In this document: one piece after another, positions 44,486 through 53,199 of the stretch | How positions within the stretch are numbered: the first letter of the stretch is position 1 | Layout of the letters: each line of letters opens with the position of its first letter | DNA from: Candidatus Bathyarchaeota archaeon | GTDB taxonomy: Archaea > Thermoproteota > Bathyarchaeia > TCS64 | Reading direction: 5' to 3' | NCBI GenBank assembly: GCA_041304325.1 | Contig: JBFYNP010000071.1 | Location: forward strand, 6,444 to 70,443 | Length of the DNA: 64,000 nt | Notes under the pieces: model-generated | The model's database searches: none | What the model saw: the letters and a program-made list of their open reading frames with translations, nothing else | Told to the model about the DNA's origin: nothing | Position numbers and translations under genes: made by a program

Positions 44486-46136
44486 TAATACTGGGAATAT
44501 GCACAGGTATGAAAAAAATGGATGCAAAATGATTTTTATCATTTTTTATATATATTTGCTGTTAATTAGTTTTTATGGTATAAAACCGGTGAAAGCGGAA
44601 AATGAAGTGAAACTGGCTCTATCAACCGATACTCAGAATTTAATTCCAGGAAAAATTAACAATATAAAACTTACCTTAAAAAATAATGGTGATTTAGTTG
44701 CCAGATCCCTTACGGTCACGCTCAATATGCCTGCTACATCTCAGATTCAGGAATCGTTAATGTATGTGTTAAATGGGGATGGAACCCACTTTCTAGCCGA
44801 TCTCGATCCTGGGGAAAGCGTTGAAGTAGATGAAAGGATTTACGTTAATCCAAAAACTGCTAATAGTGTTGTATCAATACAGGTTAAGATGAGTTATTTA
44901 ATACCGGATGAAACTGTAGAATACAGAAACGTTGGTTTCACCATATCATCGTTGAGCTCTACAGGAGCCATAATAAATGTATCAACTTCAACGAGCACCC
45001 TAATAGCTGGCAATAGTAATCTTTTAGCTGTATACCTGAAAAACTCCGGTGACTCAATCGCTTATAATATAGACGTTACCATGGGACTCCCTGGAGTTGG
45101 AGGTTCTTCACCTTTAACACTCATCGATTCGGATGGTAACTGGCAACTTGAGTCAATAAAAGCGAACGCCTCAAATATTATCCCTCTCAAAATATTTGCT
45201 TCACCATCTTCTGCGGGGAACACGTATCTTATATCTCTCACGATCAGTTACAGTGATGACATTCGACAGTGGCAGATTACCAGATACATTTCAGTAGGTA
45301 TTCATTACCCTATTACCAAAGGTGCAATCCTAGATGTAACATTGAATGATCAAAACATTGCATCAGGATCCATCAACGATAGATCTTTAACCATATTTAA
45401 CTCTGGGGATGAAAAGGCGAGGAACATACTTTTCTCTCTGAGTACACCAAACACACAATCCTTCGCGATAATTGGGGCAGATAGATGGAGTATTGAAGGT
45501 ATAGAGCCTGGGCAATCTTTTAAAATCCCAGTTAAGTTCTTCGTAACCGCATACTCCAGCGGAATAACATACAGTATTCCAGCTTCTCTAACCTACATCG
45601 ATAACCTTTACAAGCAGAAACAGGAAAACATTGGAATAAGCGTAGTGATATTCGGAAATGTAGTAATCGATGTTTTAGAGTCCAGCACATATCCTTCAAC
45701 AGTGGTTCAAGGAAAGCCTTTCTCAATCACAGCAACGATAATCAACTTAGGTACAACCACAGCTCAGAGTGTTACGGTTCTACCGAAAGGTAACGCTGAT
45801 ATGCAGCCAAGTCAAAGCAGTACAATATTCATCGGAGACTTATCCACAAACGTCCCTTCCTCGATAACAATCACTTATGTAGCTTCAACCATCAAAAATG
45901 GGACGTATCCTGTGGAGGTGGAGTACAGTTACCGTTTAAACACTTCACAGAAATTTACTGGAAAAATTACTATACCAGTGAAGATCACGGCAACAAACAA
46001 GGTTATCCTGCCAATCGAAAACACGCCTCAAAGCCAGAGTCCCAGCATGCTTATGCTGTATGCACCATACGCAGTCATAATATTTCTACTCGTAATCATA
46101 GCATACATGTATGTTAAGAGAAGGGCCTTGAAGTGA
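44478..46136 (+). CDS. Secreted, C-terminally membrane-anchored protein with four tandem CARDB/COG1361-like beta-sandwich repeats
   Basis: There is an N-terminal hydrophobic signal. The repeat motif L.pG..n...l.l.N.Gd..A.n..v occurs four times about 120 aa apart (IPGKINNIKLTLKNNGDLVARSL; IAGNSNLLAVYLKNSGDSIAYNI; ASGSINDRSLTIFNSGDEKARNI; VQGKPFSITATIINLGTTTAQSV). The C-terminal TM plus KRR is APYAVIIFLLVIIAYMYVKRRALK. Confidence 0.55.
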   Translation: MRNNTGNMHRYEKNGCKMIFIIFYIYLLLISFYGIKPVKAENEVKLALSTDTQNLIPGKINNIKLTLKNNGDLVARSLTVTLNMPATSQIQESLMYVLNGDGTHFLADLDPGESVEVDERIYVNPKTANSVVSIQVKMSYLIPDETVEYRNVGFTISSLSSTGAIINVSTSTSTLIAGNSNLLAVYLKNSGDSIAYNIDVTMGLPGVGGSSPLTLIDSDGNWQLESIKANASNIIPLKIFASPSSAGNTYLISLTISYSDDIRQWQITRYISVGIHYPITKGAILDVTLNDQNIASGSINDRSLTIFNSGDEKARNILFSLSTPNTQSFAIIGADRWSIEGIEPGQSFKIPVKFFVTAYSSGITYSIPASLTYIDNLYKQKQENIGISVVIFGNVVIDVLESSTYPSTVVQGKPFSITATIINLGTTTAQSVTVLPKGNADMQPSQSSTIFIGDLSTNVPSSITITYVASTIKNGTYPVEVEYSYRLNTSQKFTGKITIPVKITATNKVILPIENTPQSQSPSMLMLYAPYAVIIFLLVIIAYMYVKRRALK

Positions 46137-47416
46137 GGAAATCTGATATCGTGATCTGGGGATTCAGAGGAATTCGTCAGAGGAAAACAAGGTCAGCTCT
46201 AACAATCCTAGGTATAATGATCGGGTCAGCTGCCCTCATCGCATTGATCTCACAGACACAGGGGATACAAGTTAGCATAGTCTCAGAAGTCAATAAGTTA
46301 GGTTCTAACACCATAACTATTAGACCTCAAACGAGTTCAGTGCTTCTGACACAGGGTGACATCAACAAGCTATCTCTGATACCGGGTATTCAATACGTAA
46401 TCCCCATCACTGCTACAAGCGTCAAAGTTTATGGAATAGGCTCAGCACGATCAATGAGCCTCATAGGGATCGACCAGTATTACCTGAATCTTCTCTTCCC
46501 TGAGCTAAAAATCGGTAAAGGGAGACCTTATGGAGATAATAGTTTTTCAGAGATTGTGGCTGGTAATAACGCCCAATATCCACAAGACCTCTCCTCGGCT
46601 TTCATGAATATTGACCAAGGCATAACACTTGAGCTCGGAGGACGCGAGCCTGTCCGAAAAGTTCTAACACTAGTTGGATCATTCAACACCTACGGGGCAT
46701 CAACCCTCTTCTCTGTAGATGATAATGTTTTCACATCAACACGTGGTGCACAAGCGCTGACAAACCGTCAATCATATAACATGGTTATCATTAAAACGAT
46801 TGACCCAACTAACATCGGCGATGTTGTAGCTAATATTAAGATTATGTATGGCACGAACCTGAACATTTTATCCATCAAACAGATAGCCCAAATCGCTACA
46901 GTAATTACAGGATACTTGGGAATGCTCATTGGTGTAGTTGCCGGGATCTCCCTACTCGTAGCTGGACTTGGAATAATGAATATAATGTTTGTCTCAGTTA
47001 TAGAGAGAACCAAGGAAATCGGGATCCTCAAAGCAGTCGGCTTTAAAAGCGGAGAAGTAATGGCGATCTTTCTATCAGAGGCATTCTTCCTAGGGATAAT
47101 AGGAGGGATCCTAGGTATAATTCTGGGGGGAAGCTTGTCCTACATCCTACCGTTCATATTATCCGGCACACAAAACAGCACACTTGAGACAATTGGGGAA
47201 GGAGGAGGATTCCAAATGAGCTCACAGGCGAACGCTGATGGAGGAACATTCTTCAACGTCGCCCAAATGAGCAACTTCTCATATCAACCAGTAATCAGCC
47301 TAGAGACCGTTTTACTGATTCTATTGTTCGCCATCGGCGTAAGCCTCTTCGCGGGCATCTACCCTGCTAGAAGAGCATCAAAAATGGATCCAATAGAAGC
47401 TCTAAGACATAATTAA
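46133..47416 (+). CDS. ABC transporter permease, FtsX/MacB-type (4 TM with a large extracytoplasmic domain)
   Basis: The N-terminus is RQRKTRSALTILGIMIGSAALIAL. The FtsX-domain motif is ERTKEIGILKAVGFKSGEV. The C-terminus is YPARRASKMDPIEALR. Confidence 0.85.
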   Translation: MRKSDIVIWGFRGIRQRKTRSALTILGIMIGSAALIALISQTQGIQVSIVSEVNKLGSNTITIRPQTSSVLLTQGDINKLSLIPGIQYVIPITATSVKVYGIGSARSMSLIGIDQYYLNLLFPELKIGKGRPYGDNSFSEIVAGNNAQYPQDLSSAFMNIDQGITLELGGREPVRKVLTLVGSFNTYGASTLFSVDDNVFTSTRGAQALTNRQSYNMVIIKTIDPTNIGDVVANIKIMYGTNLNILSIKQIAQIATVITGYLGMLIGVVAGISLLVAGLGIMNIMFVSVIERTKEIGILKAVGFKSGEVMAIFLSEAFFLGIIGGILGIILGGSLSYILPFILSGTQNSTLETIGEGGGFQMSSQANADGGTFFNVAQMSNFSYQPVISLETVLLILLFAIGVSLFAGIYPARRASKMDPIEALRHN

Positions 47417-47524
47417 AAAAGGGTAATTCATCTGCACCTCTGGTCTATTACCCCATGTGCATTTCATAGAAAATATTCCTAGACCCAAATTGTTTTTACA
47501 ATAAAACTTAATATTGTATTCAAG

Positions 47525-48742
47525 ATGTTTATGCAGAAAATCAGGTGGTTTTTGGTTTCCAGCCTCGCTTTGATGATTGGTTACCTCGTTGTTGAGTATT
47601 TGGTTCAAACACCCGCTCGACTTGGCCTATATGGAGCTTTACTTATGCTCTCTATAGGAGGAATGTTTTTAACGGTTTTAAAAAATTTTAAAAGAAAAGA
47701 ATTGCATCTTATTGGTCTAATAACAATTTTTAGTTTGTTTGCGGGGTATAGTATCGCTAACTATGTTTTCCTTTCCCAAGAAGAAATACGTATTTTACCG
47801 CAAATAAATCGCACTGATGGAGGAAATGGACACACCGCGATCATTTACTTTACCCACGGTGAACCCGCAGGTTATAGTGCTCTTCCTTGGATAGAAACCA
47901 TCCGTGAGTTAGATAGTGACAGTGTTCCCTTTGTCCCATGGCTTTTACGCCCCATTTTTTTCAATACAGTTCGAAATGAGTATTTTGAAGCTGGTGGTAG
48001 TGCCCATAATAAACTTCATCAAGTATATTTTGAAAATCTGAAGCGTTCTATGCCTGATGAAGAGGTAAAAGGAACAAAGTTTTACCTAGCGTTTCTTGAC
48101 AGTAACCCTAGGCCAGATGAAATGGCTATTAACGCCATTAATGATGGTGCTAGCAAAATAATCATCCTACCGGTCTTCATTACTGAATCAACTCATACTG
48201 AAGCAGGTAAAGAAATGGTGGCAAGCATTCACCCCGAGAAATACGGTATACAAGTTAGTTACACAGGCGCATTGTGGAGTTCAGATTCTCTTCAAAATGT
48301 TTTCGTTGAACGCGCAAACGAAATGGTCGTTAACATCAATCACTCCGAAGTAGGTATATTACTAGTAGGTCATGGACAGCCAACTGAATGGGAAACCCTC
48401 TATCCTGACCAGAACAAACAAGAAGATCAATATCGCAATGCGATACGAGAGAAATTAATCATGAATGGCTACAAACCAGAACACGTCGTTTTAGGTTGGA
48501 TGGAGTTTCAAAAACCAAGTATCACTGAAATAGTACATACTCTAGCTGAAAGAGGTGTGAAGAAGATCCTGGTCTTCGCTGTCAGCCTAAGCGCAGACTC
48601 AATTCACAGCGATGTAGAGATTCCTGCAGCTGTTTTAGAAGCGAAGTTACCAGATGATGTTTTGATCGAGTATATTGGTCAATACGGTGATCATCCCCTA
48701 GCGATTCAAGCAATGAAGGAAAAAATTACAAAAATATTATAA
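47525..48742 (+). CDS. Class II chelatase (ferrochelatase/CbiX-like) with an N-terminal three-TM membrane anchor
   Basis: About 90 aa of TM segments are followed by two chelatase-like halves. The first is TAIIYFTHGEP...IIILPVFITESTHTEAG. The second is GILLVGHGQPTEW...GWMEFQKPSITEIVHTLAERGVKKILVFAVSLSADSIHSDVEIP. These parallel ferrochelatase motifs as I recall them. Confidence 0.5.
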   Translation: MFMQKIRWFLVSSLALMIGYLVVEYLVQTPARLGLYGALLMLSIGGMFLTVLKNFKRKELHLIGLITIFSLFAGYSIANYVFLSQEEIRILPQINRTDGGNGHTAIIYFTHGEPAGYSALPWIETIRELDSDSVPFVPWLLRPIFFNTVRNEYFEAGGSAHNKLHQVYFENLKRSMPDEEVKGTKFYLAFLDSNPRPDEMAINAINDGASKIIILPVFITESTHTEAGKEMVASIHPEKYGIQVSYTGALWSSDSLQNVFVERANEMVVNINHSEVGILLVGHGQPTEWETLYPDQNKQEDQYRNAIREKLIMNGYKPEHVVLGWMEFQKPSITEIVHTLAERGVKKILVFAVSLSADSIHSDVEIPAAVLEAKLPDDVLIEYIGQYGDHPLAIQAMKEKITKIL

Positions 48743-48748
48743 AAAAAA
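48741..48748 (-). terminator. T8 tract (minus strand) about 50 nt downstream of the beta-propeller gene, preceded by a short hairpin (CTGAG...CTCAG, 48764-48786)
   Basis: A8 read directly on the + strand at 48741-48748, in the spacer between two convergent genes. Confidence 0.3.
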
Positions 48749-48797
48749 TTTCAGGTACCATGCGCTGAGATAGAAGCGCTCAGTTGTCACGAGCTAT

Positions 48798-49646
48798 CTA
48801 AAGTCGATATGCTTTAGCCGGGTAACCTAAATCACCTTTTTCCCAGATAATATGATGCTCTCTATCGATCTCAATCACCCGGGAATGACCCCCATCAGCG
48901 ATCAAGGTGTTGCCATTCAGTAACCGTACGGCTGAATAAGGCTGTTTTATAAGATCGCCTTCCACATGCCAAACGATTTTACCTTTTTGGTCCAACTCAA
49001 TAATTCGGTCTTCGCCGCGGATCGAAATCAATGTATTACCATTGGTAATGCGTTGACAATACACCGGGCCAAGCTGCTCAAAGAGCTTAGGTGTCTCCGG
49101 TCCGAGGCTTTCAGCAGCCCAAACCTCCTTTTTTTCGGGGGTTACCTCGTAAACCTTCTTTGTTCCTGCGTCGGCAACGAGCGTATTGCCGTTTGGTAGT
49201 CGTTGCGCCTTCCACGGCCAGCATAAATTCTCTAATCCCCATGTAACCTTTCCGAGGGCATCGAACTCGCGCACAAAACCTGGTTTATCATCATCCCAAC
49301 CAGCGACTAGGATGCGGTTATCAGGTAACAATTCCAAGCTGCAGGGATAACCACCGACAACACGTTCACCGACTTTTTCACCGGTTGAAGTAACCTCCCA
49401 TACGGCTCTTGCTCGAATAATATTAACCAGATAATTACCGTTGGGAGTTTGCGCTATGTCATAGGGCATTTTCAGCGTATCAATTTGCCAGACGACATGG
49501 CCTTCTCCATCAACGATCATCACTCGCCCCGGAGGCTCTTCACGGTTCCCTACGATTAGACCCGGAATTTCGTCTACGATTAGCGTTAATGATTCTTTAC
49601 GGGACACAAAAATTCCTTCTATCACAAACATCCATACGCAACACAA
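48798..49646 (-). CDS. Beta-propeller repeat protein (NHL/ASST/PQQ-like blades)
   Basis: A blade motif recurs: PNGNYLVN, LPDNRILVAG, LPNGNTLVAD, ITNGNTLIS and LLNGNTLIADGGHSRVIEID. The true start is probably internal to the listed ORF. Confidence 0.5.
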   Translation of the reverse strand: MCCVWMFVIEGIFVSRKESLTLIVDEIPGLIVGNREEPPGRVMIVDGEGHVVWQIDTLKMPYDIAQTPNGNYLVNIIRARAVWEVTSTGEKVGERVVGGYPCSLELLPDNRILVAGWDDDKPGFVREFDALGKVTWGLENLCWPWKAQRLPNGNTLVADAGTKKVYEVTPEKKEVWAAESLGPETPKLFEQLGPVYCQRITNGNTLISIRGEDRIIELDQKGKIVWHVEGDLIKQPYSAVRLLNGNTLIADGGHSRVIEIDREHHIIWEKGDLGYPAKAYRL

Positions 49647-49764
49647 TTAAAGAGTAACTGCTTAGCCAAATCAAATAGGGAGCAGCAACCAAAAAGCGTC
49701 GCTAGTAACATTAGAATCCGGGGTGTCTAATCCAGGTGGTTAATGTCTTTTTTGAGGATCTTCC

Positions 49765-50448
49765 TTAGTCATCAAGGTGGGAGCCGTCGCAGAACGGGTA
49801 ATTATTTGATCTGCCACACCCACAGAGAGTGACACGATTCCTTGTCTCATAGATATACCCATCAGCAGCCTCGATCTCTACGCCGCCTCTAACCCAAAGT
49901 GGTCCGGAAACTCCGTTTTGGTCCTCAGTAACTGCGATGCTCGGTTCAAAGTTCGGTTCTATTGGGTTACCTTTTGTGTTCCAGACTACCAGGCGACCTG
50001 AAGGGCAGTTACCTGCCTCATCTATTGCGGTTTTTTTATAGTTAGATGTATCACTGTTAACGGTGAGGTTCCAGATGTTGCCTGCTCGATCGCAGAAACC
50101 AGCACCTACACAGAGAAGCCTGTAATCGGTTAGTTTTAAGTCGGGGCCAATAAACTCCTCAGTATTTTCAATGTAAGGTTCCCTGTTAGCTGTCTCAGAG
50201 CCATTGAATTTTATTTGAATGTGCGTGTTATCGCAGTAAGGCTTTGTTTTGGATCTCCCACAACGGCAGAGGGCATAGCTTTCTCTAATAGTGTAACGCG
50301 CAACTTCTCGCCATTTATACGGGTAACCGTCAAGATCTGCCTCAATAACCATTCTCACTAAGGAGACTCCCCCCGCGATAATGAATGGGCCGTCCTTCGT
50401 TACTTTTATTCTGCCCTTACCAACCATAGGTAAATGGTAGTATCGCAA
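49765..50448 (-). CDS. CDGSH-type iron-sulfur domain protein (two CDGSH motifs)
   Basis: CRCGRSKTKPYCDNTH and CGCGRSNNYPFCDGSH. The start is probably at the second Met (50427), because the listed 5' end overlaps the divergent neighbour. Confidence 0.75.
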   Translation of the reverse strand: MRYYHLPMVGKGRIKVTKDGPFIIAGGVSLVRMVIEADLDGYPYKWREVARYTIRESYALCRCGRSKTKPYCDNTHIQIKFNGSETANREPYIENTEEFIGPDLKLTDYRLLCVGAGFCDRAGNIWNLTVNSDTSNYKKTAIDEAGNCPSGRLVVWNTKGNPIEPNFEPSIAVTEDQNGVSGPLWVRGGVEIEAADGYIYETRNRVTLCGCGRSNNYPFCDGSHLDD

Positions 50449-51312
50449 GAGAAGAACTTGATGTCGTCGGTAATCCCAAAGTTTGTATCCAACCTCCCAA
50501 TTAATGTAAACAGCATGTCACATGAGGATTTCATAGAAGCTGGTAAATACAAATTTCATTATTCAAGATGGGGAGAAAAGGGAAGCAAACTTGTGCTTCT
50601 CCACAGTATGGGGATGGATGAGCATAGCATGGACCTCCTCGCTGAGAAGCTTAAGCCACACAACAGGATCTTAGCTCTAACTCTTCTGGGCCACGGCGAT
50701 TCCTCGGTTCCTAAAGAGAAAGTATCGCTAAAGGAACACGCAGAATTGATCAGGGAATGCATCCGGAAGCTCGACTTCAGAGGATGCGTACTTATCGGTC
50801 ACAGTGTTGGCGGACGCTTGAGCATGATTCTTGCAGCGGACCACCCATCCGAGTTTAAGGGGGTTATTCTCGTTGACATCGTTCCACCTGATCTACCAGC
50901 ACAGCCATGGAGCCAATCAACGCCAAAGCCCTTCGGAAGCGAAGGCGATGTGCTGGAGTGGCTTAGAAAGCGTTACCCCAACTTCAAGGACGAGTATATC
51001 GAGAACAGACTCAAGTATGGTTTCATCAAACAATCTGATGGCTCATTAAAAGCAAAACCTATGGGAACTGCATCGATGTCAAGTAGAGATACTGATCTAT
51101 GGCCTTATGTTGAGAAGATCAGGATCCCAACTCTGCTGATAGCGGGGTCGGAAAGCAATATAGTAACCCCGGATAAGATTGAGAGGATGAGGAAACTTAT
51201 TCCAGGGTTTGAGCTCGTTACTTTGAGAGATGCAAGCCATATGGTACCTCAGGATCAACCGGTGGAGTTCGAGAGAACGGTCCGTAGGTTCGTTAAGCAG
51301 GTTGAGAAGTAG
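50434..51312 (+). CDS. Alpha/beta-fold hydrolase
   Basis: The oxyanion region is LVLLHSMG, the nucleophile elbow GHSVGG and the C-terminal catalytic His DASHMVPQDQP. The start is more likely 50461 or 50515. Confidence 0.8.
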   Translation: MVVSQEKNLMSSVIPKFVSNLPINVNSMSHEDFIEAGKYKFHYSRWGEKGSKLVLLHSMGMDEHSMDLLAEKLKPHNRILALTLLGHGDSSVPKEKVSLKEHAELIRECIRKLDFRGCVLIGHSVGGRLSMILAADHPSEFKGVILVDIVPPDLPAQPWSQSTPKPFGSEGDVLEWLRKRYPNFKDEYIENRLKYGFIKQSDGSLKAKPMGTASMSSRDTDLWPYVEKIRIPTLLIAGSESNIVTPDKIERMRKLIPGFELVTLRDASHMVPQDQPVEFERTVRRFVKQVEK

Positions 51313-51354
51313 AGACCGGTAGTTTTATTCAACTACTCCACCTCCGGTGATGGC

Positions 51355-52026
51355 ATGCCGATCAACTGGAGCAACCTTAAGAGCTTCCTAAAACGTCTGC
51401 CTTCACTCTATTTTGGGTTGTTCTTCTTCGCACTCGGAGCAGTATTTAACCTATACTCGGGGCTCGGAATGAACCCGTGGGGCGTCTTCCATGTAGGAAT
51501 TTCAGGTTCCAGCACGTTAACTCTCGGGCAGGTGACGCAGCTCGTCGGACTTGTTGTGCTTTTACTCGGCTGGGTTTTAGGTTTCCCTCCCGGATTCGGC
51601 ACAGTGATGAATATGTATTTTATCGGGTTTTTCACTGACATCGTTATTTCTAGTGGACTGATCCCAAAACCAGTAGACATCGTCTGGAGAGTGGCGATGT
51701 TAGGCGCGAGTATAATCTGCATAGGGGTAGGGAGTCTTTGTTATATGCGGGTGACACTTGGAGCGGGTCCAAGAGATGGCCTCATGGTAGGGCTTGTTCG
51801 TAAACTCGATAAACCGATCTGGATGGTAAGGGGATGCATAGAAATCTTGGTACTCGTAACTGGATGGTTCCTTGGTGGACCAGTTGGGTTCGGTACAGTG
51901 GTCACCGCTTTAACCGTGGGTTACAGCGTCCAGACGGCATTCAAGATAGGACAGTTCGACGGCAAATCCCATCAGATGGATCTCTGGGAGCTCTATCAGT
52001 ATCTACTAACTGAAAATAGATCTTAA
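51355..52026 (+). CDS. YczE/YitT-like integral membrane protein
   Basis: 223 aa with about 6 TM segments. The N-terminal pattern YFGLFFFALGAVFNLYSGLGMNPWGVFHVG is typical of the family. Confidence 0.5.
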   Translation: MPINWSNLKSFLKRLPSLYFGLFFFALGAVFNLYSGLGMNPWGVFHVGISGSSTLTLGQVTQLVGLVVLLLGWVLGFPPGFGTVMNMYFIGFFTDIVISSGLIPKPVDIVWRVAMLGASIICIGVGSLCYMRVTLGAGPRDGLMVGLVRKLDKPIWMVRGCIEILVLVTGWFLGGPVGFGTVVTALTVGYSVQTAFKIGQFDGKSHQMDLWELYQYLLTENRS

Positions 52027-52103
52027 AATCAGGGTGTTCTACAAATTAGAACTAGTGTTCGAATCTATGGGATTATACCATTCAGGTGTATTTGATGGTA
52101 TAG

Positions 52104-53150
52104 GTGTATAGTTTGAAGAATTATGCATTAATTGCCGCGTTGGTGCTTGTGGCATGTATGGTTCCTGCAGGCATCTTCGCCATGCAAAACACACAGTCAC
52201 CCGAGCAGAAAGCTGAGGGTATAGCATTAAAGTTTCTGAAGTCCTCACCGACCTTTCAATTCGACGGAGTACCAGATACGGTTAAGATTGTAGATGTTCA
52301 GGTCCTTGAGAGTTACCCTATTCAGTACAGGGTGGTAATAGAGTTTGTCAGCCAGTATCCAGGATTCGGTCAACGAACCGGCCGCTTGATGCTCGGTCAC
52401 AGTCAGCAGCACACAATCAAGATAACAGTCGTCGAAGGCAAAGTCAAGAGTGCAGTAATAGATGAAGTCTGGGATGAGTTGAATCAGAAGAGCATACAGA
52501 ACACCATGCCTCCACTTGTTGAGCCAATCTCCACAGAGGAAGCGAGAGATGCAGCCGTTAAGTACATTATAGATCTTTACGGTCTAAGTATCTCAATCCC
52601 CGAGAGCTGGGAATACAGCGATCTCACTCCCAAGGACTTGGTAGGTGCAGGCACAATACAGTTCGCGGGTGAAAAAACCTGGTTAGTTACTATGAAGTTC
52701 CCAGTTGTTATGCGACCCATTTACTCCGTAGAAGTGAAGTACTCTGGCAAAGACGGTTCTGGATTCAGTTGGAGCGGCACAGTTGACAGTACAGGTAAAG
52801 TGGAGGAAGCCTCAAGCAGCTTGACTAAAACTCCTGGGAACGATGAAAATTCAACGGTTTTAGGTATTGAGGATGCCCGAAATATGGTTGTTCAGTATAT
52901 AATGGAGAAACACCCTGACCTAAAAGTAACCACCCCCTCAAGTTGGAGTGAGAAAAACTTGAATGAGGGACTCCTTGGATACTCTAAGGTACAGTACAGT
53001 TCAGAGGGCTGGACAATAATCGTTGAAGGTCCTGTAGTTTGGAAACCAGACTACAACGTCCAAGCAACCTTCAGTGAAAGCGTTTCATTCACATGGAAAG
53101 GACTAGTCCTTAATGGGGGACTAGTTCAGGAGTTTGGTCTCCAGAAGTAA
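52104..53150 (+). CDS. Secreted/anchored hypothetical protein with an internal tandem domain duplication
   Basis: The signal/anchor is YALIAALVLVACMVPAGIFA. Residues about 142-235 and 253-344 align with each other (E[ED]AR..V.YI...P.SW...L..G....Q...W......PVV..P.Y.V......F.W.G.V...G.V.E). Confidence 0.45.
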   Translation: MYSLKNYALIAALVLVACMVPAGIFAMQNTQSPEQKAEGIALKFLKSSPTFQFDGVPDTVKIVDVQVLESYPIQYRVVIEFVSQYPGFGQRTGRLMLGHSQQHTIKITVVEGKVKSAVIDEVWDELNQKSIQNTMPPLVEPISTEEARDAAVKYIIDLYGLSISIPESWEYSDLTPKDLVGAGTIQFAGEKTWLVTMKFPVVMRPIYSVEVKYSGKDGSGFSWSGTVDSTGKVEEASSSLTKTPGNDENSTVLGIEDARNMVVQYIMEKHPDLKVTTPSSWSEKNLNEGLLGYSKVQYSSEGWTIIVEGPVVWKPDYNVQATFSESVSFTWKGLVLNGGLVQEFGLQK

Positions 53151-53199
53151 CACCTTCATAAAAGTACTTTTAATCTCCAGAAAGTCTGCGTATAATGTA

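Noticed and set aside
50434-50448. 15-nt overlap of the 5' ends of two divergent genes (CDGSH protein and alpha/beta hydrolase). Similar cases are the TTG/GTG-extended N-termini at 53134 (cyclophilin) and 58290 (pyrH).
   Set aside because: This is most simply explained by over-extended ORF calls. Internal ATG codons (50427; 50461 or 50515; 53200; 58311) give N-termini matching family norms, so it is not treated as biology.
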